From Patescibacteria group bacterium (GTDB lineage: Bacteria > Patescibacteriota > Patescibacteriia > UBA10025 > JAHIVO01), in contig JAHIVO010000005.1 of assembly GCA_018816445.1 (NCBI GenBank), positions 1-63,783 of the forward strand: a stretch of DNA of 63,783 bases. Direction: 5' to 3'. Positions 38,002 through 50,670 of this stretch are shown here, in pieces. A program made the translations under genes and the position numbers. Each line of letters starts with the position of its first letter. The stretch's first letter is position 1. The notes beneath the pieces are model-generated. The model searched no databases and was not told the DNA's origin. It saw only the letters and a program-made list of their open reading frames with translations.

Positions 38002-38802
38002 ATGAAGAGTCTACATAAAGATTCGAGAATTTCTAAACTCAGATTGACTGATAATGATATTAAAAAACTATCGGGATTTGAAAAGGAGTGGGAAAGGACA
38101 TTGCGGCTAATTTTTAGATCACGATTTCCTCATAAATACAGCCGGTCAATTACCAGCGTACGCATTCCAGGGTTACTTGAGCGATTATCAATACCAGAGT
38201 GTCGCTACAATCACGGAAAAAATGTACTTTTAAATATTGCGGGACCGTCAGGTGTTGGCAAGGGGACCCTTGGATTGAAATTGGAGCGTAAGGGCATTCA
38301 GCGTTTTGTGCGTACTACTTCACGGCCGCGGAGAACAACAGAGCGTAATGGTGTGGATTATATTTTTTTGAACGAAAAACAGTTTAAAAAAATGCAGACA
38401 AATAATGCATTTTTAAGTGCATTCGCGACTTACGGCGAGTGGCGAGGCATTGACCATAAGACCTTTTGGCAACTTATTCGGAATAATAAGCTATTTTATA
38501 TTGATGGTTGTGCGCAGACCTCAAAAGATATTTTCAAAGCACTCTCCGCAAAAGGATTGCCGTACCTTTCATTGTTCATATTACCACCGAGTTTTCAGGA
38601 GCTTGTAGCGCGATTACTATCTAGAACTTCCGGAGAAAAAGAAAAAGATATTCTTAATCGGCAGATTTTAAGACGCATCAGGAGTGCTTTACAGCATCTA
38701 CGTGAAAGTGGCCTAAAATATCGTGATACAAATTTGATACACGGATATATATTAAATGACAGCGTTGATCGCGCAGTGTGGTCTATCTTGCAGATTATTT
38801 AA
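38002..38802 (+). CDS. guanylate-kinase-like P-loop kinase with a novel ~80-aa N-terminal extension (GK-like 2)
   Basis: GPSGVGKGT, TTSRPRRTTERNGVDY, YGEWRGI and FILPPSFQELVARL. It is a paralogue of 35777..36523. Confidence 0.7.
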   Translation: MKSLHKDSRISKLRLTDNDIKKLSGFEKEWERTLRLIFRSRFPHKYSRSITSVRIPGLLERLSIPECRYNHGKNVLLNIAGPSGVGKGTLGLKLERKGIQRFVRTTSRPRRTTERNGVDYIFLNEKQFKKMQTNNAFLSAFATYGEWRGIDHKTFWQLIRNNKLFYIDGCAQTSKDIFKALSAKGLPYLSLFILPPSFQELVARLLSRTSGEKEKDILNRQILRRIRSALQHLRESGLKYRDTNLIHGYILNDSVDRAVWSILQII

Positions 38803-38809
38803 AAAAAAT

Positions 38810-39514
38810 ATGCAAACAAAACAGAATCAACTTTGGATTATTGATATAGACGGGACGATTGTTAATGTGCATAGTAATCAGGTTCCTGCCTGGTTAAATA
38901 TGTTTCGCGATGTTTACGGAGTCACTATGGATGAGACCACACTAGTTACTTTTTTTGGGAAGCCGTTTACATCTGTGCTGGTTGAAGCTCTCAGCCATGC
39001 CGGACTCTCTGAAGCTGAAGTTCTTACCCGGTATGACCAGGCTTTTGCCGGCTATGTAAAAGGTGTTCAAGACGGGCTTGATAAGAATGGTGGTTCAATT
39101 TTGCCTGGCGCACTTAATTTCTTAGAGGAACTTGGCAAGCGAAAAATTTTACGGGCCATTTCTACCGGCAATCCTGAGGATGAGGCCGTACATAAGCTTC
39201 GCTTTTTTAATTTATTGAAATATTTTGAGATAATGGTATTTGCTGGGGATCGCCGCGAACGTTTTGAGTTGGTTGAAGAAGTATTGCGCCGCGCTGATAA
39301 AGAATATGGCGTATCTGTGCAAGGTAAGCAGGTACATATTATTGGTGATTCGCCGCATGATATTGTCAGCGCAAAGAAAATCGGCGCTGTCAGTGTGGCG
39401 GTATCTACTGGACCGACTCCATATGAGACATTAGCCAAGTCTAAGCCGGATTTAATATACCGTTCGCTTGAAGATTATCAGGGGATAATCAGAGAGGCTT
39501 CAGAAATTAGATAA
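38810..39514 (+). CDS. HAD-superfamily phosphatase (phosphoglycolate-phosphatase-like)
   Basis: Motif I IIDIDGTIVN, with GDSPHDIVSAKKIG near the C-terminus. The start is set at MQTKQNQ. Confidence 0.8.
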   Translation: MQTKQNQLWIIDIDGTIVNVHSNQVPAWLNMFRDVYGVTMDETTLVTFFGKPFTSVLVEALSHAGLSEAEVLTRYDQAFAGYVKGVQDGLDKNGGSILPGALNFLEELGKRKILRAISTGNPEDEAVHKLRFFNLLKYFEIMVFAGDRRERFELVEEVLRRADKEYGVSVQGKQVHIIGDSPHDIVSAKKIGAVSVAVSTGPTPYETLAKSKPDLIYRSLEDYQGIIREASEIR

Positions 39515-39517
39515 TAT

Positions 39518-39566
39518 AAAAAAAGAAGGCGCAATTCCAACGGATGGTATGCGCCTTAGAGATTTT
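39518..39566. terminator. bidirectional hairpin between convergent genes
   Basis: Stem aaggcgca/tgcgcctt, flanked by an A-run and a T-rich stretch. Confidence 0.55.
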
Positions 39567-39586
39567 AAGTTGTTGATACGGAAACA

Positions 39587-40690
39587 CTAGACCATGAAGG
39601 TTGTAAGTGTTTTTTGCGATTTGGTGAAGACCGGGAGTTCATCAAGAATCCCGAGCATGGCACCAGCCGCTTCCATAGCCATGGCAAAGAGCGGAGCGAG
39701 CATAATATCCCGCTGTCGTCTTGAAATCCACTGGATTTCCCGAAGCAGGTACATCATGCAACATGCATATAGACTAGGCATGTCAATTGAATCGCCAATC
39801 TCACTAAAGATAATATCTCTAGCTTTCAGGATTATCTCGTGCACTTCTTTAGGGAGCTTAACCTGGTAATCGATGGTCGGTACGCCATCAATGATTTGGT
39901 ATTCAAACTTGACCTTTTCTGACATGGTAGCAGCAAACCACAGAAGCAGTTTAGCTATCGGTTCGCCGATTATCCGACGTCCGGCTTCACCAACGTCAAC
40001 GTAAGCGATTCTACTGCCTGCACTGTCTAAAATGGAATTACACAACCCTTCATCGCCGTGTGACAGGACGGTCGTTTTACACTGACCTACCAGCCTTCCC
40101 ATTGCGTAAAGCATTTCATTGAGCGGCGGAAGCTGAACCTTATTGACAACTATCGGCTTGGCAGCTACGTCGGATAAGAAAGCCGACCAGATAGACAGAC
40201 TTAATGCAAGATCAGTGGTTTTGTTGGTCTTTCCGATGTAGCTTCCTGAACAGGCCGGGCTATTTGTGGAAAGAGTGTCTTTCCACATTTGCAGATGTTC
40301 ACTTACGGTTCGCAGGTACCAATCTGATCCGTTAAAGTTGTGCATTGTAGGTTGGCGTATCAGCTGATCAATAGTTGGCCCCGAGATTTTTTCGTACAGT
40401 GAAAAATCGTCAGCGGGATCACCAACAAAATCAGGTGTTGGCAACCAGCGTGAGAGTAACTCTGCGCCTGCGCGTTCTTGTCGCCCAATCCCTGGAGCTA
40501 CTTTGATCATCAAAGGCTGCGGTTTACCATTTGGAGGTGTAGCATTAAAGAATGCCAGGGTAGCCCCTGATACCATATCAATGCCCATCTCAAAAATTCG
40601 CTCGATGACAATCTTAGACTCAGGAAAAAGCTCAACTAACAGCTTTCTTAACGTATCAGGACTTAACTGTTTCAGATCTTCAATAGTCAA
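39587..40690 (-). CDS. APH/choline-kinase-fold small-molecule kinase
   Basis: Catalytic-loop-like LSHGDEGLCNSIL, followed by AYVDVGEAG (a DxG/DFG-like motif). TTG start after the SD GGAAGGAGAG. Confidence 0.6.
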   Translation of the reverse strand: MTIEDLKQLSPDTLRKLLVELFPESKIVIERIFEMGIDMVSGATLAFFNATPPNGKPQPLMIKVAPGIGRQERAGAELLSRWLPTPDFVGDPADDFSLYEKISGPTIDQLIRQPTMHNFNGSDWYLRTVSEHLQMWKDTLSTNSPACSGSYIGKTNKTTDLALSLSIWSAFLSDVAAKPIVVNKVQLPPLNEMLYAMGRLVGQCKTTVLSHGDEGLCNSILDSAGSRIAYVDVGEAGRRIIGEPIAKLLLWFAATMSEKVKFEYQIIDGVPTIDYQVKLPKEVHEIILKARDIIFSEIGDSIDMPSLYACCMMYLLREIQWISRRQRDIMLAPLFAMAMEAAGAMLGILDELPVFTKSQKTLTTFMV

Positions 40691-40839
40691 GGCTAATCTC
40701 TCCTTCCGGCATATTGTAATGCCCTAAATTGGATGGTAAGGTACGAATTTCAATTTACATCACAATTATCTTATAGTAAGAGAATTAGGATTTAATTTGA
40801 AATGATTTTAATTTGTTAAGCGGAACATTAATAAAGATT

Positions 40840-41679
40840 TTATTGTTTTTTCCATTCTTTCAGGGCATCTTCATATATTTCAGGCGTACCGACATCAAAC
40901 CACTGTCCTTCAAAGGGATAACCAAATAATTTTCCTTCTTTGGCTAATTGCGGGAAGATGTCTTTTTCCAGCATGGTATATCCCTGCTTTGGAATATAAT
41001 TAATAATTTCCGGGTTGAAAATAAATAGTCCCGCATTTATAAAGTGGGAAACGCCTTTTTTCTTTTCTGGCTTTTCCCGGAAAGATATTACTTTGTTGCC
41101 GCGCAGTTTAACTACCCCAAAGTCGTATGGCTTGGCTGAAGAGGTGATAGCAATAGTAACCGGACCGCTGTGAGAAAGATGGTATTCAATTATTTCTTTT
41201 ATATTTATGCTAATTAGAATATCGCCATACATCATTAGGAATGGGGAATTGTTAAGGTGCTGCTGAAAGAGTCGTAGCGGCGCGCCGGTACCTTGTTCTT
41301 TGCGTTCTTTGATATACGTAATTTTAACTCCAAAACGGGAGCCGTCGCCGAAATGGGAAATTATTTTTTCACCTAGATGCCCGATTAATATATAAATATC
41401 TTTTAGGCCATTTTCTCGTAGCAATTCAATTGAGTATTCTAGAATGGGCTTACCGCGAACCGGTATCAATGATTTAGGAATTTCATAAGTAAATGGGCGC
41501 ATGTTAGCACCGCGGCCGGCTGCTAAGATAAAGGCTTTTTTTATTTTTGGTCCCAGAGACTGACTTAGTAAGTACTCAATGGCGTGGGATCGGTTTCTGA
41601 TCCTGGAGCCGTCAATTACTTCGTCAATTCGTGGGAGTAGGTCCTTTTTTATGGTAATTGTAAGTCTTTTCCTATCCAT
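40840..41679 (-). CDS. ribbon-helix-helix (CopG-like) domain fused to a sugar-1-phosphate nucleotidyltransferase
   Basis: N-terminal RLTITIKKDLLPRIDEVI...NRSHAIEYLLSQSL, then ILAAGRGANMRPFT..PKSLIPV.GKPIL. Confidence 0.75.
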   Translation of the reverse strand: MDRKRLTITIKKDLLPRIDEVIDGSRIRNRSHAIEYLLSQSLGPKIKKAFILAAGRGANMRPFTYEIPKSLIPVRGKPILEYSIELLRENGLKDIYILIGHLGEKIISHFGDGSRFGVKITYIKERKEQGTGAPLRLFQQHLNNSPFLMMYGDILISINIKEIIEYHLSHSGPVTIAITSSAKPYDFGVVKLRGNKVISFREKPEKKKGVSHFINAGLFIFNPEIINYIPKQGYTMLEKDIFPQLAKEGKLFGYPFEGQWFDVGTPEIYEDALKEWKKQ

Positions 41680-41796
41680 CTATTTTATTACAAATCGTCA
41701 TATATTATCATATAACATATTACATAAATCAAGAAGGGTCAATTTACTTATCCACATAAAATTAATTATTATGCTAATATTAGCAAATATTGTAAA

Positions 41797-41826
41797 TAAA
41801 AAACCTCCTCAAATTGAGGGGGTTTT
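41797..41826 (-). terminator. terminator after the metalloprotease gene
   Basis: Stem cctcctcaa/ttgaggggg flanked by an A-run and a T-run. Confidence 0.55.
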
Positions 41827-41852
41827 AAACAATATTTAGTTTTAATTAGGAT

Positions 41853-44549
41853 TTATAAAGCAAAGGAATTAGGCAGCAATATTGGGCTGCATTCCCAGCT
41901 GCCGCCTACCTTTTTGCAGCATTCCAGGTCTTGGCAGGTATATCCTTCTGGACAGGTAACACCACAAAGGCCGCATTCTGCAATAAGCGTCCCATTATCA
42001 CAATATCTCTGGCCGGAGTTGCATTCACCCCAGGGAGTGCCGTCAGAGCAGGCTTCAATCTCATCACATATACCATCAGTACAGCCAGCACAATTATAAG
42101 AAGTATATTCACAAAAACCATCGTATTCATCAGAGCAAACAGCTTCAATAGTATCGTCATCACCACAGACGTCAGCGTAAGTACCTAGAGCATCGGTGCA
42201 GGTGCCGGCAGTTAAATGATTGTCACCATCAGAATCACTGCAGGTTGAATTGCCGGCTGGAATAACAGTCAGTAAAAGTTGGGGTCTTAAGTCGGGATCA
42301 GCGTGTTCTGAAGAAGCAAAATGCTTAATATATGAAAACACATCTTCCGGTACATTAGCTTTCAGCATAAAAGTTGGGTTGAGCTTGTTAATATATTGTG
42401 TGACGTCAATATATGTATGATATGCCCAGGGCCGGTGATTATAAATATGGTCAATAAATTCCCACTCATCCGGGTTATCATCGTCATCGTATTCTAAAGT
42501 GCCATAATCATCCATTGAATAAATATCAATAGTTTTTTCTTCTTCCTGTTCAATTTGTTCAAAGGCATATAAACGTAGTTGCGCCGCTACAACAGTTGAC
42601 AGGTCAATGCCGCTTAAATTAAATTTTAGGAATGCTTTATCATATTCAAATATTGGGTTAATAGTGCTAACCGTTAATTGATCAGAAAATTCATCAATCC
42701 AGTAGACCGGCGGATAAGGAGAACCCCAGCCCATGATTGATCCGTCGTGTACAGGATCACGCTTTTCTATTTCTCCATAGGTAATTTTTATCGTAATGTC
42801 GTCATCAGTAACATTGGTAGTCTGCAGGCCAATCCCGCCAGTTACCCCATACCAGGTATTGGGTTCATCCAGGATGGATTCATTTAAATGCATAGCCGGA
42901 TTAATCGGAATATTTATATAATTATCCGGATTAGCCATGATCAAGTGTGATTTATTCGGCTGCAACATCGAGGAGCAGACCACCCAGTCACAATTATTAT
43001 AATGGACCAGCACTCCATCAGTAATATGCCCCTCATTACCTCCGTCAATAATTGAATCAGTCCCTATAGCTTGACGGCGTTCAATATACAGCCATTGTTT
43101 GTTATCTCCCGATAGACTTTCGCGGTGTATTTTTACCGCTTTAGTGAGGGTAGCTGGATCTTCATAATTGCCAATGGTTACTTCATGCATGCCGGCTGTA
43201 TTAATAGTGGTAATTTCACTATCTTCCAGCCAGCCCAGTTTTTCTTTTTGCGACGCGCTCATATGGGGAAGGCCAGTAGAGTATGTATTGCCCATAATAC
43301 TGTAAATATCCCCATATTCGTACGCATAGCATTCCTCCAGATCATCAAAGTCAGGATAGGTTTCACGCGGCCAGCATTGCAGTTTTGTTGAATGCCAAAG
43401 TCCAAAGGCGTGGCCCAGTTCGTGGAAATGCACATACTTATAGTTGCTGTAAAAGCCAGTATAGACCATAGTTAATGAGGTGGTAATTTCTCCTTCATGA
43501 GTATTAAGGGGTATTTTACCGACCGATGAGCGTCCTCCATACATATCATTACCGCATAACAAGCCTGTGCCAGGCACCACAAACACTACCCGTTCATAAT
43601 TCTGCTGGTCATCCGTAATCCAATCAACTGAGTTGAGAGCAGGATTATTAACTAGGGCCAGAGAAGCATCCCAGTCACACGGCGGATCGGGTTGGTTGAA
43701 GTCAGCCGGACCAAAAACATCTCCGGATAAATATGCTTTGTCATATGAGTATTCCTGGTAAATTTCATTAACTGAGTCTTCATTGTTAAAATAGTAATTT
43801 TCAGCGTAGACGGCATTCTGGCCGGCCGGAAAAGTACGCTTGTCAAATTTGGCCATAATGACCAGGGTTTTTTGTTCACCAATAGTATCCTCGGAAGTTG
43901 TCGCTCGTATGATAGTTGAAGTTTTTTCTGCGGTATAGAATATGCCATTCAGCAAGAAACCTTGGCTATTAACCTGGTCCTGATCATTAAATCCATAATT
44001 ACCTAAAAAGGAAATGATTTGCCTTTTGCCCTGGCCATTGGCGTCATGGTAATAAATATTGGTTTTTGAAAAAGATTTTGGTTTAATGAAATCATCGATA
44101 GTCAAGAATTCAATCGTCCCATCAAAGGTGGCCGGAGTTTCAATATAATCATCCAGAAAATCCGGCAGGGAATCAGCTTGCGGACTGGTTAGGATGTCAT
44201 CAAAAATTGATTCATCATTATTGATAATTTTTTCTTCCAGCGCAGTTTTTCTGTTGGCAGAAATTTCTATCATGGTATTTTTTACTGATTCCTTATTTTG
44301 CGCAGTAGCGCGCTGGTATTCAGAATTCTTGGCTAATAGCCGCTGGGTCAGTGTTGTCTGGGTAGGGGTGGCTTCTTTTTTTTCAGTAGAACTTAATACT
44401 CCAATAATAAAAGCACCAGCTACAATAACACCAGACAGCATCATAATAGCAACCGAGATTTTCTGGTAAATATTTACTTTGGTTTTTGTTTCCGTAATAG
44501 TACTGTTATTAGGCATAAAATTTTTCTTAGTTTTTTTAAGAGGAGGCAT
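41853..44549 (-). CDS. large membrane-anchored HExxH zinc metalloprotease with a C-terminal Cys-rich domain
   Basis: HFHELGHAFGLWHS (HExxHxxGxxH), an N-terminal TM helix, and about 30 Cys in the last 150 aa. Confidence 0.7.
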   Translation of the reverse strand: MPPLKKTKKNFMPNNSTITETKTKVNIYQKISVAIMMLSGVIVAGAFIIGVLSSTEKKEATPTQTTLTQRLLAKNSEYQRATAQNKESVKNTMIEISANRKTALEEKIINNDESIFDDILTSPQADSLPDFLDDYIETPATFDGTIEFLTIDDFIKPKSFSKTNIYYHDANGQGKRQIISFLGNYGFNDQDQVNSQGFLLNGIFYTAEKTSTIIRATTSEDTIGEQKTLVIMAKFDKRTFPAGQNAVYAENYYFNNEDSVNEIYQEYSYDKAYLSGDVFGPADFNQPDPPCDWDASLALVNNPALNSVDWITDDQQNYERVVFVVPGTGLLCGNDMYGGRSSVGKIPLNTHEGEITTSLTMVYTGFYSNYKYVHFHELGHAFGLWHSTKLQCWPRETYPDFDDLEECYAYEYGDIYSIMGNTYSTGLPHMSASQKEKLGWLEDSEITTINTAGMHEVTIGNYEDPATLTKAVKIHRESLSGDNKQWLYIERRQAIGTDSIIDGGNEGHITDGVLVHYNNCDWVVCSSMLQPNKSHLIMANPDNYINIPINPAMHLNESILDEPNTWYGVTGGIGLQTTNVTDDDITIKITYGEIEKRDPVHDGSIMGWGSPYPPVYWIDEFSDQLTVSTINPIFEYDKAFLKFNLSGIDLSTVVAAQLRLYAFEQIEQEEEKTIDIYSMDDYGTLEYDDDDNPDEWEFIDHIYNHRPWAYHTYIDVTQYINKLNPTFMLKANVPEDVFSYIKHFASSEHADPDLRPQLLLTVIPAGNSTCSDSDGDNHLTAGTCTDALGTYADVCGDDDTIEAVCSDEYDGFCEYTSYNCAGCTDGICDEIEACSDGTPWGECNSGQRYCDNGTLIAECGLCGVTCPEGYTCQDLECCKKVGGSWECSPILLPNSFAL

Positions 44550-44649
44550 AAAGGTAAGTTATTAATAATATTTATTTAATATTAGCATTTTTTTATTGTT
44601 TTTCCAAATTGAAAAACACCCTTCATGTAGAAAGGCGTTTTTCATATAA

Positions 44650-44764
44650 ACTGGCGATGGCCTACTTTCCCCACGGTTGCACCGTAGTATCATCAGCGCT
44701 GCCGGGCTTAACTGCTGAGTTCGGGATGGGATCAGGTGTGACCCCGGCGCTTAAATCACCAGAG
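44650..44764 (-). rRNA. rrf: 5S rRNA
   Basis: The reverse complement reads CTGGTGATTTAAGCGCCGGGGTCACACCTGATCCCATCCCGAACTCAGCAGTTAAGC...GGCCATCGCCAG, with terminal pairing CTGGTGAT/ATCGCCAG. Confidence 0.9.
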
Positions 44765-44931
44765 GGGTGGAAAATAATGGTGATTATTTTCTACGCCTCT
44801 ATTATTACGGGTGACTTATATTTTCATAGGAGCAAGATAGAAGAGCATCCCAAAAAATACAATTGCCAGTAGAAAAATCATTATTAAATGATATTGTTTT
44901 GTTTTCTCCATGTTGTTAAATATTCAGTAAT

Positions 44932-48122
<3,191 letters not shown>

Positions 48123-48402
48123 ACACCGAACATTATTGTGTTTTAGTGGAAGATACTTTGTTACCTTAAAAATAAATAAATTGTTAATGTTCTAGTCTAA
48201 AACTGAGATTGGATATTATATGGCATGATACATATAGTATTTGTATCTCGGTTCTAGGGTTTTAAGGTGCAAAAAATCCCGCTTTTGCGGGATAAAACCT
48301 ATGCTAAGCTAAGTTCGTGATTTTACCCGCTTTTATTTAGTAAATTTAATATTTTTTGCATGTTTTTAGCTTGTGTATTAAATGTTAATAACGGTGTACA
48401 TT

Positions 48403-48431
48403 AGTATAACCCTATTCGGAGATGGTGTCAA
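48403..48431 (-). promoter_or_regulatory. candidate rRNA promoter
   Basis: On the minus strand: TTGACA, a 17-nt spacer, then TATACT. It lies about 280 nt upstream of the 23S 5' end. Confidence 0.5.
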
Positions 48432-48495
48432 GGTTATTGGGAAAAAACTAATAAATATTGCTAGTATTTGCAAATAATTTGTGGATTATCAGGTC

Positions 48496-48523
48496 TTGAC
48501 ATTTTTGAGTAGTATGCTAACAT
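48496..48523 (+). promoter_or_regulatory. divergent plus-strand promoter
   Basis: TTGACA, a 16-nt spacer, then TAACAT, with a TGn extended -10. Confidence 0.4.
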
Positions 48524-48862
48524 GTCCTGACCGGCCAATGTAAGAACTTACTATAGTTCACAAGCAATGACTGGGTGATCATTACCAAGGTTTGTATAGG
48601 TATGTGCATTCAAAAGATCGAAAGCACTGCGAATTGCATCGGACGTTTTTTGTTTTTTGCTCGGACAATTCTGAGCATTTCTTTTGCAATTTGCATTTAT
48701 AGTGTAAGTAGACGCGTAAGTCAGCATACCTTTGAGCTGTGGTAGTGAGAATCTGATCAGTTGCTTGTCTCCTTATGCGCACGGGATATGTGCATTGAGA
48801 TAGGGTAAATGCCCCGCCGGTTTCTTCTAAAAAATAAAAAGTGCGTGACTTACGCCACGTCC

Positions 48863-48915
48863 ATCCCTCATCGTTTCCGTAGACTTAGTCTATTGAGCGA
48901 TGAGGGATTTTTTTA
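48863..48915 (+). terminator. strong plus-strand rho-independent terminator
   Basis: 11-bp stem atccctcatcg/cgatgagggat followed by 7 T. Confidence 0.7.
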
Positions 48916-48920
48916 TAATA

Positions 48921-48952
48921 AAAAAACCCGGTCGTTTAGTGTGCGACCGGGA
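48921..48952 (-). terminator. purD terminator
   Basis: Stem cccggtcg/cgaccggg, with a T-run on the minus strand. Confidence 0.7.
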
Positions 48953-48981
48953 TGATTTGCATAGTTGAAGGACAAAGTAGA

Positions 48982-50265
48982 CTAAGCTGCATTTTTGCCA
49001 ATGTCGTGGCGCCACCAGGCACCCTCAAACTTGATGCATTCAGCAGCCTGTTTGGCACGAGCTAAGGCTTCCTCCATATTTTTACCGATAGCCGTGACCA
49101 CCAATACACGACCACCCGAGGTTTTGTATTGGCTGTCTTCGAGTACCGTGCCGGCGTGCATGACCACGACACCGGGGATTTGCTCTGCATGTTCAAGGCC
49201 GGTAATGACCATGCCTTTATTATAGGCACCGGGGTAACCCGCGGATGCAATTATGATACTGGTTACGTATTCATCCGACCATTCGATCTCCAGGTCACCC
49301 AGATGACCTTCAATACCGGCCGCGGTGATTTCCAGGAATGGTGTTTTGAGCAGCCTGGCTACGCTTTCCATCTCAGGATCGCCGAAGCGCGCATTGACCT
49401 CCAGGACTTTGAGGCCATCTTCGGTCAGCATCAAGCCTGGATACAGGCAGCCGACAAAGGGCCGGCCTTCAGAAGCCAGGGCGTTCAGCAGGGGTTCTAC
49501 GATCTGCGATCTGATGTCATCAAGCAGCTCTTCAGCCCAGGCCAGCGGTCCGCAAGTGCCCATACCGCCGGTCATCTCGCCGGTATCTCCTTCGCCAGCG
49601 TATTTGTAATCCTGGGTAATTGGCAGGATGCGGTAGTTGGTGCCGTCTGAAATGATCATGACAGAGAGCTCTTTGCCGATTAGGAATTTCTCGATTACTA
49701 TCCGCTTGCCGGCATCACCATGGATAAGGTCAACCATGATTTTATCAACCATGGCTAAGGCTTCGTCCAAATCATGGACAATATGCGCACCTTTGCCCTG
49801 CGCTCCGCCGTCAGCTTTCATAGCCAGCGGAAATTCTGTTTGCTGATGTAGATAGCGCTTGGCTGCCACGAAGTCGTCAAAGACTTCAAACGGTGCGGTA
49901 GGGATGCCGTATTTAGCCATGAGCTGTTTGGCAAAGACTTTGCTCAGCTCAATTTCCGCGGCAGCTTGGGTGGGGCCGAAAATTTTCAGCCCGGCGACCT
50001 GGAAATCATCCACCAGCCCGGCACCCAGCGGGTCTTCCGGTCCCACGATGGTGATATCTACCTGGTGGTCTTTTGCGAATTTGATCAGCGCTGCCTTGTC
50101 GCTCGGCTTGATGTTGATGTTCTCGCAATGGGAGAGATTGGCAGTGCCGCCGTTACCCGGGGCGATGTAGATTTTCTTGATCAGCCCGAGGTACTGAAGC
50201 AACATCCAGACAATGGCGAATTCCCTTCCGCCGCTGCCGATAACTAAGACGGTTTTTGGAGACAT
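48982..50265 (-). CDS. purD: phosphoribosylamine-glycine ligase
   Basis: 427-aa ORF with VLVIGSGGREFAI, GDTGEMTGGMG and a C-terminal SGGRVL motif. SD GGGAGG. Confidence 0.9.
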   Translation of the reverse strand: MSPKTVLVIGSGGREFAIVWMLLQYLGLIKKIYIAPGNGGTANLSHCENINIKPSDKAALIKFAKDHQVDITIVGPEDPLGAGLVDDFQVAGLKIFGPTQAAAEIELSKVFAKQLMAKYGIPTAPFEVFDDFVAAKRYLHQQTEFPLAMKADGGAQGKGAHIVHDLDEALAMVDKIMVDLIHGDAGKRIVIEKFLIGKELSVMIISDGTNYRILPITQDYKYAGEGDTGEMTGGMGTCGPLAWAEELLDDIRSQIVEPLLNALASEGRPFVGCLYPGLMLTEDGLKVLEVNARFGDPEMESVARLLKTPFLEITAAGIEGHLGDLEIEWSDEYVTSIIIASAGYPGAYNKGMVITGLEHAEQIPGVVVMHAGTVLEDSQYKTSGGRVLVVTAIGKNMEEALARAKQAAECIKFEGAWWRHDIGKNAA

Positions 50266-50403
50266 TATTCCTCCCGTTCCTTCTGTATGTTAGTTGGTTC
50301 AAGGTACTTTTTTTACGTTAGGTTATCTTACTATAAATTATAAATATAGCAAATAAATAAACCTCAGGCAAGAAGTGCGAGAGGTTTTGGCTGGCTTGTT
50401 AGC

Positions 50404-50670
50404 TTAAGCCAGAGTTTCCGGGCGGGGCAGGATGTAGTAAGTATTGCCTGGTACTATAAATATTCTTTTGTATTTGCTGATTATGGAGATAGCGTTATCA
50501 GGATTAATTGACTCTGCGGGCGGGTAGTAATCGCAAATCATCTGGGTGTCTGGATCAAAGTCTATACCAGCTTTCTTTATGAGAGTGATGACTTTTGATC
50601 CTTTCCTGATTTCAATACTCAGGACTTTTGTTTTCTTGCCTACATTAACAATAACCAATTTTATTATCAC
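50404..50670 (-). CDS. hypothetical 88-aa protein
   Basis: ORF with the SD GGAGGAG upstream and a terminator hairpin (aacctc...gaggtt) downstream. Confidence 0.45.
   Translation of the reverse strand: MIIKLVIVNVGKKTKVLSIEIRKGSKVITLIKKAGIDFDPDTQMICDYYPPAESINPDNAISIISKYKRIFIVPGNTYYILPRPETLA

Noticed and set aside
48123-48980. A 16S rRNA or spacer tRNA upstream of the 23S
   Set aside because: The interval is under 900 nt, is AT-rich, and has no 16S-like conserved blocks or cloverleaf-forming segment.
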